A DNA stretch of 64,000 nt from a virus. Its lineage: Duplodnaviria; Caudoviricetes. Shown one piece after another: positions 1-10,964 of this stretch (the stretch's first letter is position 1; each line of letters starts with the position of its first letter). The notes below the pieces were generated by a model. It saw only the letters and a program-made list of their open reading frames with translations. It ran no database searches and was not told the origin of the DNA. Location of the stretch: the IMG/VR virus record IMGVR_UViG_2695420662_000003, positions 32,001 through 96,000 of that record. One strand, written 5' to 3'. The position numbers were made by a program, and so were the translations under genes.

Positions 1-282
1 ATAGACATCTCTAATAAAGTCATTAATCATATTTTTCTTTTCCCAGAAGTAAGGATCATAATTATACCCTGTATCAGTTATATCTATTAATAGTTTTCTT
101 CCTTTTTTATCCTTCTGTCCATCCCAATTATAAAAATTATAAGCCAAGTCTTTTACCGCTTTTGCATTATGACTAATAAGGCAACTTTTATTTATATCTT
201 CCAATTCTTTATATATGTACGTTGCCAAAGTGTCTTTCCCATGCCTTGCTTTTGAGTTAATTAAAATTATTCGTTTTTTCAT
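1..282 (-). CDS. Deoxynucleoside monophosphate kinase-like P-loop protein (runs off window edge)
   Basis: Read manually: ATG at 282, MKKRIILINSKARHGKDTLA...WDGQKDKKGRKLL, a phage dNMP kinase-type N-terminus. Confidence 0.75.
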   Translation of the reverse strand, partial: MKKRIILINSKARHGKDTLATYIYKELEDINKSCLISHNAKAVKDLAYNFYNWDGQKDKKGRKLLIDITDTGYNYDPYFWEKKNMINDFIRDVY

Positions 283-283
283 A

Positions 284-685
284 TTAATATACCTCCACTT
301 CAACCCCTCGCGCTCTTAATTTATCAACTACTTTATCCATTTCTTTTGTTTGTTTTATTATATTATAATCTAACGCAATATTGTTTAACTTATCTCTGTA
401 ACATTGATTATTTATCATTAGTTCACATTTTTTACAATCATATGTACATTTTTCTATTTTGTGACTACCTATTTTTTCAAATAAAATACATATTTCATCT
501 ATATATTTTGGCTTAGATTCTTCATATATCTCATATTCTGCATCTGTATTAAGGTCTACACCTTGCCTTCCTTGGCTAGATATAATCTTTCCGTCTACTT
601 TTTCTAAATATACTCCTGAAGGCATTTTAACATCTCTTATTTTTACACCTTCATCTAATAATTTTAATGCTTCAAAAATATTCAT
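284..685 (-). CDS. Hypothetical phage protein
   Basis: 133-aa ORF with GGAG RBS, co-oriented with operon. Confidence 0.7.
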   Translation of the reverse strand: MNIFEALKLLDEGVKIRDVKMPSGVYLEKVDGKIISSQGRQGVDLNTDAEYEIYEESKPKYIDEICILFEKIGSHKIEKCTYDCKKCELMINNQCYRDKLNNIALDYNIIKQTKEMDKVVDKLRARGVEVEVY

Positions 686-697
686 ATATTACTCCTC

Positions 698-952
698 CTA
701 TCTAAAAATTACTATATCTCTTATATCTTTATTAAAGTGTGCAGTAAGTTTTATCGCTCTCTCTACTAAATATTTATGCTCGTCTTTATAATAGCAATTT
801 AAAACTCCATCCTCTTCTATTATCACCATATCTCTATCCTTACATATTTTATCTAACTCATCTTTCGTTGATCCATCAATGCTTTTTATTATTTTACCAT
901 CTCTAACGTAAACTCTTGCTATTTCCATAAAAAATATATTATCTTTTCTCAT
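698..952 (-). CDS. Hypothetical phage protein
   Basis: 84-aa ORF, RBS, own sigmaA-like promoter upstream. Confidence 0.7.
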   Translation of the reverse strand: MRKDNIFFMEIARVYVRDGKIIKSIDGSTKDELDKICKDRDMVIIEEDGVLNCYYKDEHKYLVERAIKLTAHFNKDIRDIVIFR

Positions 953-1005
953 TATTCAATTCTCCCTCTCATATGTACTTAAGATTTGATTTATCTTATA
1001 CTTTA

Positions 1006-1034
1006 ATAATATATGAATTTATCATACCTGTCAA
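1006..1034 (-). promoter_or_regulatory. sigmaA-type promoter with TATGA-N5-TCATA operator in spacer
   Basis: Minus strand TTGACA-ggtatgataaattcata-TATTAT. Confidence 0.75.
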
Positions 1035-1042
1035 CAACTTTT

Positions 1043-4000
1043 TTAATTTATTTTTAAATAAGTTTCTAACCAAAATTCACAATCAGATAATTTTACCCAT
1101 TTACCATCTATTAATTTCTTCTTTGGTTTAGATACAATTTTTTCTATAATTACAGTATCGAATAATTCTAATTTATTTTCTCTAAATATAGGCTTGCTTA
1201 TCTTTAACGTAGATGTTTTTCCCGTTGCAATACAGTATAGGGTTACTTTAGGACTATATTTCGTATCAACATTAGTAACTACACATATACTCATATCAAC
1301 AGTATCATCCTTTAGTGTGCAATTACCCATATACTCCATATGTGCCTGTATTCTTTCACCTATAGGTATATCTTCGTCTTTTATAGACACCTCTATGTCA
1401 TTCATTATTTTATGATAATCTACCTCTTTTACTTGTTTTTCGCTCGCCTTTGCAGCATGAGGTAATATATAATCTATATATTCATTATCATATTTAAATG
1501 TCTTTTTTGTTGTTATAGTATTAAACGCATCAACTACCTTTATTAATTTGCTAGTTTTCCCAAACTCTTCAAAGAACCCTATTTTTATAAGTATATCTAA
1601 TTGTCTAGAGTTTATATGTCCTTTTATATCAAATAATAATTCCGAGAATGAATTATATTTATTTTCTCTAAGACTATATAAATAGTCTGCCACATCCGCA
1701 TTTAAGAATTTAATAGATTCTATTCCTTTGTATATAGAGTTTGTTTCTTTGTCCATAAAATATTCTGCTTTAGAATATCTGAATTTTGGATCTTTTATAT
1801 GTATTCCTATCTTACTATTATAAGCCTCTACATTTTGTATTTTATCTGGTTTATTTTTTCTAGTCCACACATTCAAAGAGGCTGTAGCAAATTCTAATTT
1901 ATAATAATGACGTAAGTATCCCGCTATATATCCAGTAAATGCATATGGTACGTTATGATTCTTAGAAAATCCATAATTACTTGCCGACTTAACTGTTTCT
2001 ATGAAGTCGTCTATTATATGTGCCGCCTGATCTTCATTTAAATTATATTTCTTAGGTGTATACCCTAAAAATCCCTCTCTAATTTCTTCTATATACTTTT
2101 CAGTACCTTCTTTTTTTCCTATTGCACGTCTTAAAATATCACTTCTCGCTTGAGAATATCCACAAAAGTCAACTAAGAATTGCATTATCTGCTCTTGGAG
2201 TAAACAGTATCCCAGAGTATCGCTTAACATATCATCTAAGTCTTTTATTCCACTCTCTCCACATATACCATTTGCAACTTCATTTCTTATATGTTCTCCA
2301 ACAGGTCTTATTGCTCCATTTATAAGCATAAACAAATCGAATTTTCTTATATTAGGATATCTCTTTTTAATTTTTTCTATTATATGTGGCCTCATGATAT
2401 CACCCAAATATGATTTAGCCATATCTGACTCAAATTGAAATATAGATGTAGTATCCTCTATTATACTATCCCATACGTCATCATCAAATATATCAACTGT
2501 ATCAGGTGTAATTCTTGGTATATTTGCAAGCTTACAAGTTTCATTTATTATAGATATTGTATCTAATCCTAGTATATCTAATTTTACAAACCCCAAAGAT
2601 TCAACCTCTTTCATATCTAATACAGATACAGGTCTACTATTATCCTTAAGCATACATGTTCCAATATTATTCTCCAATGGTATTGGAGATACGATAACCC
2701 CCGCTGGATGAGAACCTATACTTACTACTGTTCCATTTATTATATCTACATATTCAAACAATTCTGGATGCTGCTCTCTTGCTATATGCTCTTTATTTTC
2801 ATCTGTCATTTTTACTATTTCATCTATAACTGAAGAATTGTATCTATCCGGGTATTCTTTTATGAATACTCTACCCACATCCCTAATAGAACCTTTTAAT
2901 GCAATCGTATTAAATGTAATAATATCCGATATGTATAATCCTTCCATTTTGTATATATAATCTCTAACCCACTCTCTATCAATATCTGAATGATCGCCGT
3001 CTATATCGGCCATCGAAACCCTATCCGGATTCATAAAGCGATAGAAATTTAATCCATGTACTATTGCATCAACTTCAACTATGCCTAATATATATGCTAT
3101 GATTGATCCATTAACCGAACCTCTTCCATATCCAAATTCAACTCCACCTTTATCTTTTGCATCTGATGATATTTTTTCTTGTAGCAACATATAATTTATA
3201 GAATCTGTTTTTATATATGTATCCAACTCTTCTCTAATTCTAGGTATATATTCGGTTTCGTAATTATCATACTTATATATACCCCTTCTTATAACGCCCT
3301 CTTGTATTTTTTGTTTAAATATCTCTAATGGATTATCATATAATTGAGGATATTTAACAGAGTTATCTATCTCATACTCTTCAACCATATTTGCTATAAC
3401 ATTTGTATTTTCTATTGCCTCCAACACTACATCCATAGGTAGTCCGTTATTATGTGATTTATAACATTCAACTAATTCATTATAAGTTTTAAATGTCAAA
3501 TCCCACCCATCTTCATTATCAAAATGTATATTTTTGGACTGTTGTAATATATTTCTACCCTTTACATGTTTTTCATCTAGTGCATGCGTATCTGTTCCAG
3601 CACTTAGTCTTATATTGTACTTTTTACTAAGTTCATATAACTCATTATTGAATAAGTTTTGATCTATAACATTATGATGTTGTATCTCTAAAAAACATCT
3701 ATCTTTATTTTCACTCATAAACAATAGAAATTTCTCTTTTAGTTCTTTGCTGCCTCTATTAATAATATTCCCTAAACACGCAGATGTAATTATTATATTA
3801 TTACTTGTATTTAACAAGTCGTCAAATGTTATTCTAGGTGCATAATGAAAATTATTACTATTTCTATTATATGCATTTTTATCTGATAGTAAACTATTTA
3901 ACTCTAAATACCCATCGTAGTTTTTTGCATATAAGCAGCAATGATAGTTATCTCTAATTTTTTCATTAAGTGTTTCAGTTATATAGCATTCTACCCCATG

Positions 4001-4204
4001 TATATACTTTATTCCTAATTTCTTGCATAAGTTTCTTTTTTTAATATGATTAAATATATTACCGTGTTCAGTAAAAGCTATAGCTTTCATACCACATTCT
4101 TTGGCTTTATATATGTACTCTTCGTATTTTGTTACACTATCTATATTTGTAGTTGCATTTGATAGCATGCTATGTAAATGTAATACTGTATAATTCTTTT
4201 CCAT
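1043..4204 (-). CDS. dnaE: DNA polymerase III alpha subunit (phage DnaE)
   Basis: PHP domain (LHLHS, FTEHGN, GTDTH), GRGS, MADIDGD catalytic motif, KLDILGL, YGFSKNH. Confidence 0.97.
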   Translation of the reverse strand: MEKNYTVLHLHSMLSNATTNIDSVTKYEEYIYKAKECGMKAIAFTEHGNIFNHIKKRNLCKKLGIKYIHGVECYITETLNEKIRDNYHCCLYAKNYDGYLELNSLLSDKNAYNRNSNNFHYAPRITFDDLLNTSNNIIITSACLGNIINRGSKELKEKFLLFMSENKDRCFLEIQHHNVIDQNLFNNELYELSKKYNIRLSAGTDTHALDEKHVKGRNILQQSKNIHFDNEDGWDLTFKTYNELVECYKSHNNGLPMDVVLEAIENTNVIANMVEEYEIDNSVKYPQLYDNPLEIFKQKIQEGVIRRGIYKYDNYETEYIPRIREELDTYIKTDSINYMLLQEKISSDAKDKGGVEFGYGRGSVNGSIIAYILGIVEVDAIVHGLNFYRFMNPDRVSMADIDGDHSDIDREWVRDYIYKMEGLYISDIITFNTIALKGSIRDVGRVFIKEYPDRYNSSVIDEIVKMTDENKEHIAREQHPELFEYVDIINGTVVSIGSHPAGVIVSPIPLENNIGTCMLKDNSRPVSVLDMKEVESLGFVKLDILGLDTISIINETCKLANIPRITPDTVDIFDDDVWDSIIEDTTSIFQFESDMAKSYLGDIMRPHIIEKIKKRYPNIRKFDLFMLINGAIRPVGEHIRNEVANGICGESGIKDLDDMLSDTLGYCLLQEQIMQFLVDFCGYSQARSDILRRAIGKKEGTEKYIEEIREGFLGYTPKKYNLNEDQAAHIIDDFIETVKSASNYGFSKNHNVPYAFTGYIAGYLRHYYKLEFATASLNVWTRKNKPDKIQNVEAYNSKIGIHIKDPKFRYSKAEYFMDKETNSIYKGIESIKFLNADVADYLYSLRENKYNSFSELLFDIKGHINSRQLDILIKIGFFEEFGKTSKLIKVVDAFNTITTKKTFKYDNEYIDYILPHAAKASEKQVKEVDYHKIMNDIEVSIKDEDIPIGERIQAHMEYMGNCTLKDDTVDMSICVVTNVDTKYSPKVTLYCIATGKTSTLKISKPIFRENKLELFDTVIIEKIVSKPKKKLIDGKWVKLSDCEFWLETYLKIN

Positions 4205-4391
4205 ATTTAATCTCCCTATAATCTTAATTTACTTATCATTCATTCTATTATACTTACATAAAGTAAATATATGTTCTCCGTTATCTAGACATTTATATTT
4301 TGTTTCACTCACATACGATCTATAAGTTTCTCTTATTGATGCACCTATTATTTGAAGTCTTTTAGATGCACAATAAGGGCATTTTATTCTA

Positions 4392-4544
4392 TCATTCTCC
4401 ATGTTCTAATATCTCCTTCTCATTACAATCTTTACAATCTATAAAACTAACTAAGAAATTCCCCTCTTCATCAAATCTATGTACTATCTCAGCATTTATA
4501 CTCTCGCATCTCAAGCATTTTATCTCAAATTTCATAATTATCCT
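4392..4544 (-). CDS. Small zinc-ribbon protein
   Basis: CxxC...CxxC in ORF 4392..4601; the likely start is MKFEIKC just after an AGGAG RBS, so the start coordinate is approximate. Confidence 0.5.
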   Translation of the reverse strand, partial: RIIMKFEIKCLRCESINAEIVHRFDEEGNFLVSFIDCKDCNEKEILEHGE

Positions 4545-4555
4545 CTCCTTAATAA

Positions 4556-5563
4556 TTATTTCTTCTTCCAATGTTTGCAATGTTTCTTTGAGAATGCACA
4601 AAGATTCTTACAGTAAAACTCATTTATATTACATTCCCACTCATTTATATTCTTCACATCTGTATTTTCTATATTTTCAATTGTATTTAATATGTACTCC
4701 ATGCATTCATCTTTTACTTCTTGTGTAACATCATATTTACACACATATGTACTTATCGCCACCTGATTTCTTATTTTTTCAGGCAATATATCTATATTAT
4801 TTACTGCCCCACATTTTGCTAACATAGCATCTATCATTATAGATTCTATTCCTTCTTTTTTTAATAATGCCTTTAATTGAACTTTAGATTTTGAAACCCA
4901 TTCCCTTGCAGATACTATCTTAGGTTTATTACTACCTATTTGGATTTGGAAATATTTCGTCATCTCCCAAGCATTTTCAACTACCTCCAAGTTATATAAT
5001 TGCTCTAAGGCCATTTGATAAACACATAATTGTCTTCCGGCATCTATTATTTTTTTCTTGTCAAATTTTGAAGATGTCTTAAAATCAATAACCTTAACTT
5101 TATTATCATCTATTTTTTCTATAAGATCTATATACCCCGTCATATATTTTTTATCATCTAATTTAAATATAAACCCCATTTCTGATATACACTCATTTTC
5201 TCTTTTCTTATAGTATTTATAGAATTCGTCTATATCTTTTTTATAATTATTTTCTACGTTCTCACTCATGAATTTCACGCCAAATAATTTACTTTTCATC
5301 CATTCCTCATCAAAACATTTTCTTTCTAGAACATCCGTTTTACCTTCATAATATCTTTCTAGATCTGAATGTACCCCACTCCCTAACAATGAATAAATAT
5401 TATTATCTTGTTCTTTCTTTTTTATATATGTATAGTAATATGCACGTTTACAGTTATTAAAGTTATTTAATCTTGATATAGAGTAGAATTTTACATCTTC
5501 TCCATATATTGATTTTATTTTATTTATTTCATCCGACATTGTTTCCCTTGTAATTATTTTCAC
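4556..5563 (-). CDS. PD-(D/E)XK exonuclease, AddB/Cas4-like with Fe-S cysteines
   Basis: YSISRL..C..YYY, GYIDL, IDFKTS, QLxxY, C-terminal CxxxC...C. Confidence 0.88.
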   Translation of the reverse strand: MKIITRETMSDEINKIKSIYGEDVKFYSISRLNNFNNCKRAYYYTYIKKKEQDNNIYSLLGSGVHSDLERYYEGKTDVLERKCFDEEWMKSKLFGVKFMSENVENNYKKDIDEFYKYYKKRENECISEMGFIFKLDDKKYMTGYIDLIEKIDDNKVKVIDFKTSSKFDKKKIIDAGRQLCVYQMALEQLYNLEVVENAWEMTKYFQIQIGSNKPKIVSAREWVSKSKVQLKALLKKEGIESIMIDAMLAKCGAVNNIDILPEKIRNQVAISTYVCKYDVTQEVKDECMEYILNTIENIENTDVKNINEWECNINEFYCKNLCAFSKKHCKHWKKK

Positions 5564-6576
5564 TAAACCACCTCAATTAAGTATTCACTTAGTATTTTTT
5601 GTATCTCATCTATATTCATATCTAATAAAGATATTTTTTTCTCTTTTACATATTCATTATTCATATCAACTATCCAAACTTTGTTTTTTAAGAATGGATT
5701 ATCTATTAATACTTTCTTTGCCTCTTTTTTACAATGTTCTAAAGTTATTCCTTCATCTAATGCTAATATTACATTTGCAAATGTACTTTTTATTAACTTC
5801 GCCTGTCTTGGTTTTATACTGTTCCCGCCCAATGCAACCACATTATTTAAATTTATATCTCTACCTTTTAATACTGATTTTTCCGATTCACATATTATTA
5901 TTGTGTTAGTATTTAATATATTTTTATAATTTTGATAAAATCCATATAAGAATTTACCTTTTTCAAAGTTTAATACTGGTAAATATTTATAGTTAGTCTC
6001 TATTCCTGTTAAATCTCTTGCCATACGCCCCATTACACCAGCGAGTTTACCATCGTCTGACAACCAAGGAATCGTTATTCTATCTGTCCATATATCGTAA
6101 CCTATCAAGAAATCTTCTTGTGTCTTTCCAGATATTCCATCCTCCATAAATAATTTACATGCTGCAACTCCAAATTCATCCAAATTTGCTTTGGGATATG
6201 TTCTCAATGGTTTATCTTCTAATTCTCTAATTTTTGATATATTCTTATAGAATCCTCCGAATGGAGGTTTGACTTCAACCCTTTTGTAACTTTTATCTAT
6301 CCCTAACTCGTCTGCTAAATATCTAATTGCTTTACCTATGGATATATTTTTGATTTCAGATATAAGTGTTATAATATCCCCTTGCGTATCGTGTGAAAAG
6401 GAATTATAACCTAATGTGTCTATTCTAATTACATTCCCTGTTCCCGATCCTTCATCATCTCTCCCAAAACGTATCTGATTGCTATTTGGTTTTATATATG
6501 TACATCCTATTTTTCCAAGGATTTCAATTATCCTATCTTTATCATTTTTTAGACTATCTTTTATTTTTGTTATCAT
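5563..6576 (-). CDS. dnaG: DNA primase (TOPRIM)
   Basis: RITIPW, GR, KY, LYG, ICESEKS, VALGG, LALDEG; adjacent to helicase. Confidence 0.88.
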   Translation of the reverse strand: MITKIKDSLKNDKDRIIEILGKIGCTYIKPNSNQIRFGRDDEGSGTGNVIRIDTLGYNSFSHDTQGDIITLISEIKNISIGKAIRYLADELGIDKSYKRVEVKPPFGGFYKNISKIRELEDKPLRTYPKANLDEFGVAACKLFMEDGISGKTQEDFLIGYDIWTDRITIPWLSDDGKLAGVMGRMARDLTGIETNYKYLPVLNFEKGKFLYGFYQNYKNILNTNTIIICESEKSVLKGRDINLNNVVALGGNSIKPRQAKLIKSTFANVILALDEGITLEHCKKEAKKVLIDNPFLKNKVWIVDMNNEYVKEKKISLLDMNIDEIQKILSEYLIEVV

Positions 6577-6591
6577 GAGGATAAATCCTCC

Positions 6592-7701
6592 TTAATTCGT
6601 TATTCCATATTTCTCAAATAAATGCTTTTGTGGAGCAAATTCTTTGAAATACTTATTTTCGGCTTTCAACCTGGCAACTATAGCATCATTCTTATCTTTA
6701 TATGTGCCAAGTCTATATATTTTATTATTACATCGTATGTACGAACTCCATTTTTCACAATCTTTTCTATAACAGACGCCTGTAATTCCGCTAGTGTTAC
6801 TTTTTCTTAATCCAACGTTTTTGACATTATCACTCTGTTTTACTACTCTTAAATTCTCTTTTCTATTATCATACTTAACTCTATTTATATGGTCTATTAC
6901 GTAACCATCTTTTGTCTGCATTATAAGATTATGCATCTTTACCTTTTCGCCAAAACTTACAGATTCAACATATTCCTCTTTGTAGTGCCATGTATAATCT
7001 TTTATTTTATCGTAATCTTCTTTATCAAAGTAGAATGGTTGATTTTTATTAGTGTATCCGATTCCATATTCATTTGTTAGATCATATGTATTATTGTTAT
7101 TTCTTCTATCTATTTCCTTAAGTATGCATCCGCAAGATATAACTGATTTAGTTTTTAATCGATGCGAACTTACAACGCTATTCTCACCACATTCACATTT
7201 ACAATTCCAGTAATAATGTCCTTGATTATCTTTATGACTTAATCCAACTACTGTTAATCTATTTACTACTTTGCCTATAAAATCTTCAAATTCATTTTGA
7301 AGGCAACCACATGATTTCGAAGTTCCTTTATTTAAAGAGTTTAAATAATAACTCTTTATTTCACTACATTCACACCTACAAAGTAATTTTCTATGTTTTG
7401 TCGAACTATCATCCGCCTCTTTTATCACTGTAAGTCTTCCAAATTTTAAACCTATGTAATCCTCTATATTGAAAGGTTTAGATTTAAACCCTGTACAATC
7501 TGTACATAAAACCGAATTTCTTCTTTTGATATTATCCCAACTTCTACTCTCTATTATATTTCCACACCTACATATCCATTTATGAGGATGTCTTACGTTC
7601 AAATACATATCATCATACAGTTTTAAATTATATTCTGATAATAGCTTATTAACTTCTGTATTTGTCATGTTAGGTTTAATTTTTACATCTTTCAATTTCA
7701 A
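6592..7701 (-). CDS. Free-standing HNH homing endonuclease with AP2 domain
   Basis: Repeated FGRLTV..CxCxC..SCGC modules, DHINRVKYDNRKENLR, NTSGITGV...AP2; inserted between helicase and primase. Confidence 0.9.
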   Translation of the reverse strand: MKLKDVKIKPNMTNTEVNKLLSEYNLKLYDDMYLNVRHPHKWICRCGNIIESRSWDNIKRRNSVLCTDCTGFKSKPFNIEDYIGLKFGRLTVIKEADDSSTKHRKLLCRCECSEIKSYYLNSLNKGTSKSCGCLQNEFEDFIGKVVNRLTVVGLSHKDNQGHYYWNCKCECGENSVVSSHRLKTKSVISCGCILKEIDRRNNNNTYDLTNEYGIGYTNKNQPFYFDKEDYDKIKDYTWHYKEEYVESVSFGEKVKMHNLIMQTKDGYVIDHINRVKYDNRKENLRVVKQSDNVKNVGLRKSNTSGITGVCYRKDCEKWSSYIRCNNKIYRLGTYKDKNDAIVARLKAENKYFKEFAPQKHLFEKYGITN

Positions 7702-7703
7702 GA

Positions 7704-9137
7704 TTATTTTCCCCCAAATCCATCATACTGTATTGAAGTGAAACCTACTTCGTAATATTGATTAAAACTCATATTCTTCTCATAAACAAGTTGAACATTA
7801 CTCTCCCCAAATCTATTTTTTGCCACAAAAAGAACGATGTAATCTTTATCTTTGTCTAACTTTATTATTTCATTCTTGTTAGTAAGTTTTCCTGTATTTT
7901 CATCTCTTTTCTTTTTCCATACTTTTAAATTTTCCTTTTCCTGATCTTTAATATCTCTAAACATAAGTATCTGAGCTGCTACCTCTGCAATGGCCCTTGA
8001 TTTTCCTATACTATTTATATCTAAATATTTTTTACCATAACTATTCGTTGCTAACTGTGCCGTACATAACAATGCTACGTCACACTGCTTTGCCAACAAG
8101 AATAATTCTTTACTTGTCTCCGAGAACTCAGCCCAAGATTTATCAGATGTCTCATCTGTAGGTTTTAATGTATCAACTAACATTGTATTAAATCCTATTT
8201 TGCTATATTTTTTTATTATACGTCTTATATTATCTATATTATAATCTTTCATTTCAACAAATGTTAGGTTGCCAGAATACTGTTCTAACCACTTAGAACT
8301 CTCTCTTAATGCCTCTCTATCTTTTTCACTAAAGTTACCATATAGAAACTTCTGTCTATTCATTCCATAATATTTAATTCTATTAAACATTACTGTGGCT
8401 AACAACATTTGTCTCCACTCCATCTCGTCTTGTTCATTGGCCATTATAACCATTTTCTCCCCACTTTCAATTATAGGTAATACTGCCAAAGGTAATGCGA
8501 ATGAAGTTTTCCCGCCTCCAGAAAAAGCTAATAATAAATTCAATGTGCCTCTATGTAATCCGGCCAGAGTATAATTTATTATTGGAAATCCCAATTTATA
8601 ACCTATTGCATTACCAAGATTCCACTCTTCTATAGCTTTATCATATCCTGTGGTTAAATCTATCTCTTTTATTCTTCCACTTACACATTTCAGCATTGTA
8701 TTTGTTGCCTTATAAATTATGTAATCTTCAACTTGTATTGATGTCATTTGTGTAAGTTTATCAAATAGTTTGTCTGATTTAAGTATACCTTCCGTTTCAT
8801 AATATTTTATTAAATTCCATTTTCTCCAATCGTCAACTATCATATCTGCATTTCTTATGTCTACGATGCTCATTAATTCCTTTATTGTAGAATATCCACC
8901 CATTCTCTCATATGTATCATTTAAATTTAAATCATTTACCTCATTAATAAAACTTACCTCATCTACTACTTCTATTCCTTTTTCTAAGAGTCTATTAACT
9001 ATACCTACATAAAATAAAGCCTCAGGACTTAATAATTCTTTGTTTATATCATAATCTTGATATAATTCTGGTTTTTTTAATATTAATCCAGAAAGCAAAC
9101 CTTCTGATCTCATAAGTCTCTCTTGTAATCTATCCAT
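7704..9137 (-). CDS. dnaB: Replicative DnaB-like helicase
   Basis: Walker A AFSGGGKTS, ANEQ, VDTLK, AQL, KNRFG. Confidence 0.92.
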   Translation of the reverse strand: MDRLQERLMRSEGLLSGLILKKPELYQDYDINKELLSPEALFYVGIVNRLLEKGIEVVDEVSFINEVNDLNLNDTYERMGGYSTIKELMSIVDIRNADMIVDDWRKWNLIKYYETEGILKSDKLFDKLTQMTSIQVEDYIIYKATNTMLKCVSGRIKEIDLTTGYDKAIEEWNLGNAIGYKLGFPIINYTLAGLHRGTLNLLLAFSGGGKTSFALPLAVLPIIESGEKMVIMANEQDEMEWRQMLLATVMFNRIKYYGMNRQKFLYGNFSEKDREALRESSKWLEQYSGNLTFVEMKDYNIDNIRRIIKKYSKIGFNTMLVDTLKPTDETSDKSWAEFSETSKELFLLAKQCDVALLCTAQLATNSYGKKYLDINSIGKSRAIAEVAAQILMFRDIKDQEKENLKVWKKKRDENTGKLTNKNEIIKLDKDKDYIVLFVAKNRFGESNVQLVYEKNMSFNQYYEVGFTSIQYDGFGGK

Positions 9138-9146
9138 ATATACCCC

Positions 9147-9668
9147 CTAGTCTAAAAATTGCGATATATCGTTACTTTTTCTTTTTGTCGATATAGGCAT
9201 ATCATTCATTATATCTATATTAATCTCGTTATTTTCAACCTTATTAAACAATCTACTTATTTCTTCTAATTCTTTCATATGTACTTTTTTAATATCTTCT
9301 ATATTATTTAAAATTATTGCTAAAACATATCTAAATTTATTATATTCATTACTAAATTCTTTGTTATTCACAGCCCATCTAATATCCTCTTCTTTGGTCT
9401 TAAATGTTTTTGTTATTACTACATACTCATAATATTCTCTTACGGTTTTTAATTGTTTTATCATTCCCGGTGTTACCAAAGGTATATTTAAAATATCTTT
9501 TATAACTTCATAACACTTATCTCTTTGAATTATTTCGTCTTGTTGTTTATCATATTCTTCTTCGCTACAATAATATAAATTTACCCTTTTAGATTTCTGC
9601 TCTTTTACTATTTTATAAGCACTATCTCTTTCAATCTTACTCCCACATATTTTACATTTTACTTTCAT
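9147..9668 (-). CDS. Zn-binding replication-operon protein (possible helicase loader)
   Basis: N-terminal CxxC...YYCS, position directly upstream of helicase as in SPbeta-like phages. Confidence 0.6.
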   Translation of the reverse strand: MKVKCKICGSKIERDSAYKIVKEQKSKRVNLYYCSEEEYDKQQDEIIQRDKCYEVIKDILNIPLVTPGMIKQLKTVREYYEYVVITKTFKTKEEDIRWAVNNKEFSNEYNKFRYVLAIILNNIEDIKKVHMKELEEISRLFNKVENNEINIDIMNDMPISTKRKSNDISQFLD

Positions 9669-9724
9669 TTTTAATCTCCCTTAAAAGTTAAGGTGGAATA
9701 TTTCTACTCCACCCTCATATGTAA

Positions 9725-10837
9725 TTATATTAATTCTAATATTGCATCTAATGCTGCCATAGGTATAACTTCTACATTTGTAAAATCTGATATTTTATAT
9801 TCTGTAAGTATTTCTTGTAATTTTGCCATATCTAAATTAGCCATATTTGCCTTTATTTTATCTAGTTTTTCTTGTTTTTTCTCTGGATTATCCTCTTGTT
9901 TTTCTTTTTGTTCTATTACCTTATCTTCTAATTCTTTATTTTGTTTTTCTTTTTTACGCTCCAATTCCTCTACTGTAGATTCACCATGAAATATTTCAGA
10001 TTGTTTTCTTATAGCCTCTTCTAGCTCTTTTATTATTATATCTGAGTCTAATTCACATTTAGGAACTATATGCTTAAGATGGCTTTTAACATCTATTGCA
10101 TACTCTTCATCCCTAAATGTAACCATTCTTTTTTCTGACGCTATCTTCCCTATTTGTTTCATCTGTTTTGTAAATGCATCTTTTGCTGTTTTTAAATCCA
10201 CCATCTCTCTTTCCATATATGCGCACATTACTACGGCAACCTTATCTTTTATGGCATTATAATATTTGTTGTTTAGGTTCGAAGTTATTTGCTCATATTC
10301 TATATCTAATATTTGATCTGATTTATTTTTAGATTTTGTATGACCTATAAACCAAGGGCATATATTATAATCTCTTAATCTGAATAATGTACTTACAACC
10401 ATATCAACTACTTTATCTTCACCAGCTTGGTATCCTCCAAACGCTGATTTTATAGTGTCTGTTTTCTTATCCGGATACTTTCTATTATGTAATTCTATAA
10501 CTTTTCTTTCTGCAAGTCTAAAAACTTCATCCACCGAATCTATTCCTACTATTCTTAATTCGGGATAATCTTCATCTCTATAATCGCAAATAGTTTCTAT
10601 TATCTCTTCTAAATCATCCCAATCTACCGCTCTTTCATTGTATATTCCACCTATATGCTCTGGCTGTGGCTCTTGTCCTACTGTTATAAGTATATATCCT
10701 TCTGTTCCATATTTCTTCTTAGCTATTTCTGACACAGTTGTTGTCTTACCTATACCTCCAACTCCGTTTATTAAATATGAATAATTCGCTATATCTACTT
10801 TTACTTCTCTCATTTTTCCTATTCTTCTTCTAGTCAT
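9725..10837 (-). CDS. AAA_24/Sak4-like ATPase (recombinase)
   Basis: GVGGIGKTT, IDSVD, FIGH motifs. Confidence 0.82.
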   Translation of the reverse strand: MTRRRIGKMREVKVDIANYSYLINGVGGIGKTTTVSEIAKKKYGTEGYILITVGQEPQPEHIGGIYNERAVDWDDLEEIIETICDYRDEDYPELRIVGIDSVDEVFRLAERKVIELHNRKYPDKKTDTIKSAFGGYQAGEDKVVDMVVSTLFRLRDYNICPWFIGHTKSKNKSDQILDIEYEQITSNLNNKYYNAIKDKVAVVMCAYMEREMVDLKTAKDAFTKQMKQIGKIASEKRMVTFRDEEYAIDVKSHLKHIVPKCELDSDIIIKELEEAIRKQSEIFHGESTVEELERKKEKQNKELEDKVIEQKEKQEDNPEKKQEKLDKIKANMANLDMAKLQEILTEYKISDFTNVEVIPMAALDAILELI

Positions 10838-10964
10838 ATGTAATTCCTCCTATTTGCAAGCACGACCGCTTACTCCCTTTAAAATTATTTATTTTTTTAT
10901 CTTTATATGTACAGTTGAGGTTTTAGTGTGGTTATCCTCAAAACACATTCATATGTAATAAATC

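Noticed and set aside
4556-5563. Cas4 implying a CRISPR-Cas system
   Set aside because: No cas1/cas2 or array; sits in the replication operon as a phage exonuclease
6592-7701. Intron or intein around the HNH-AP2 gene
   Set aside because: Helicase and primase both appear complete and there is no flanking space for an intron core
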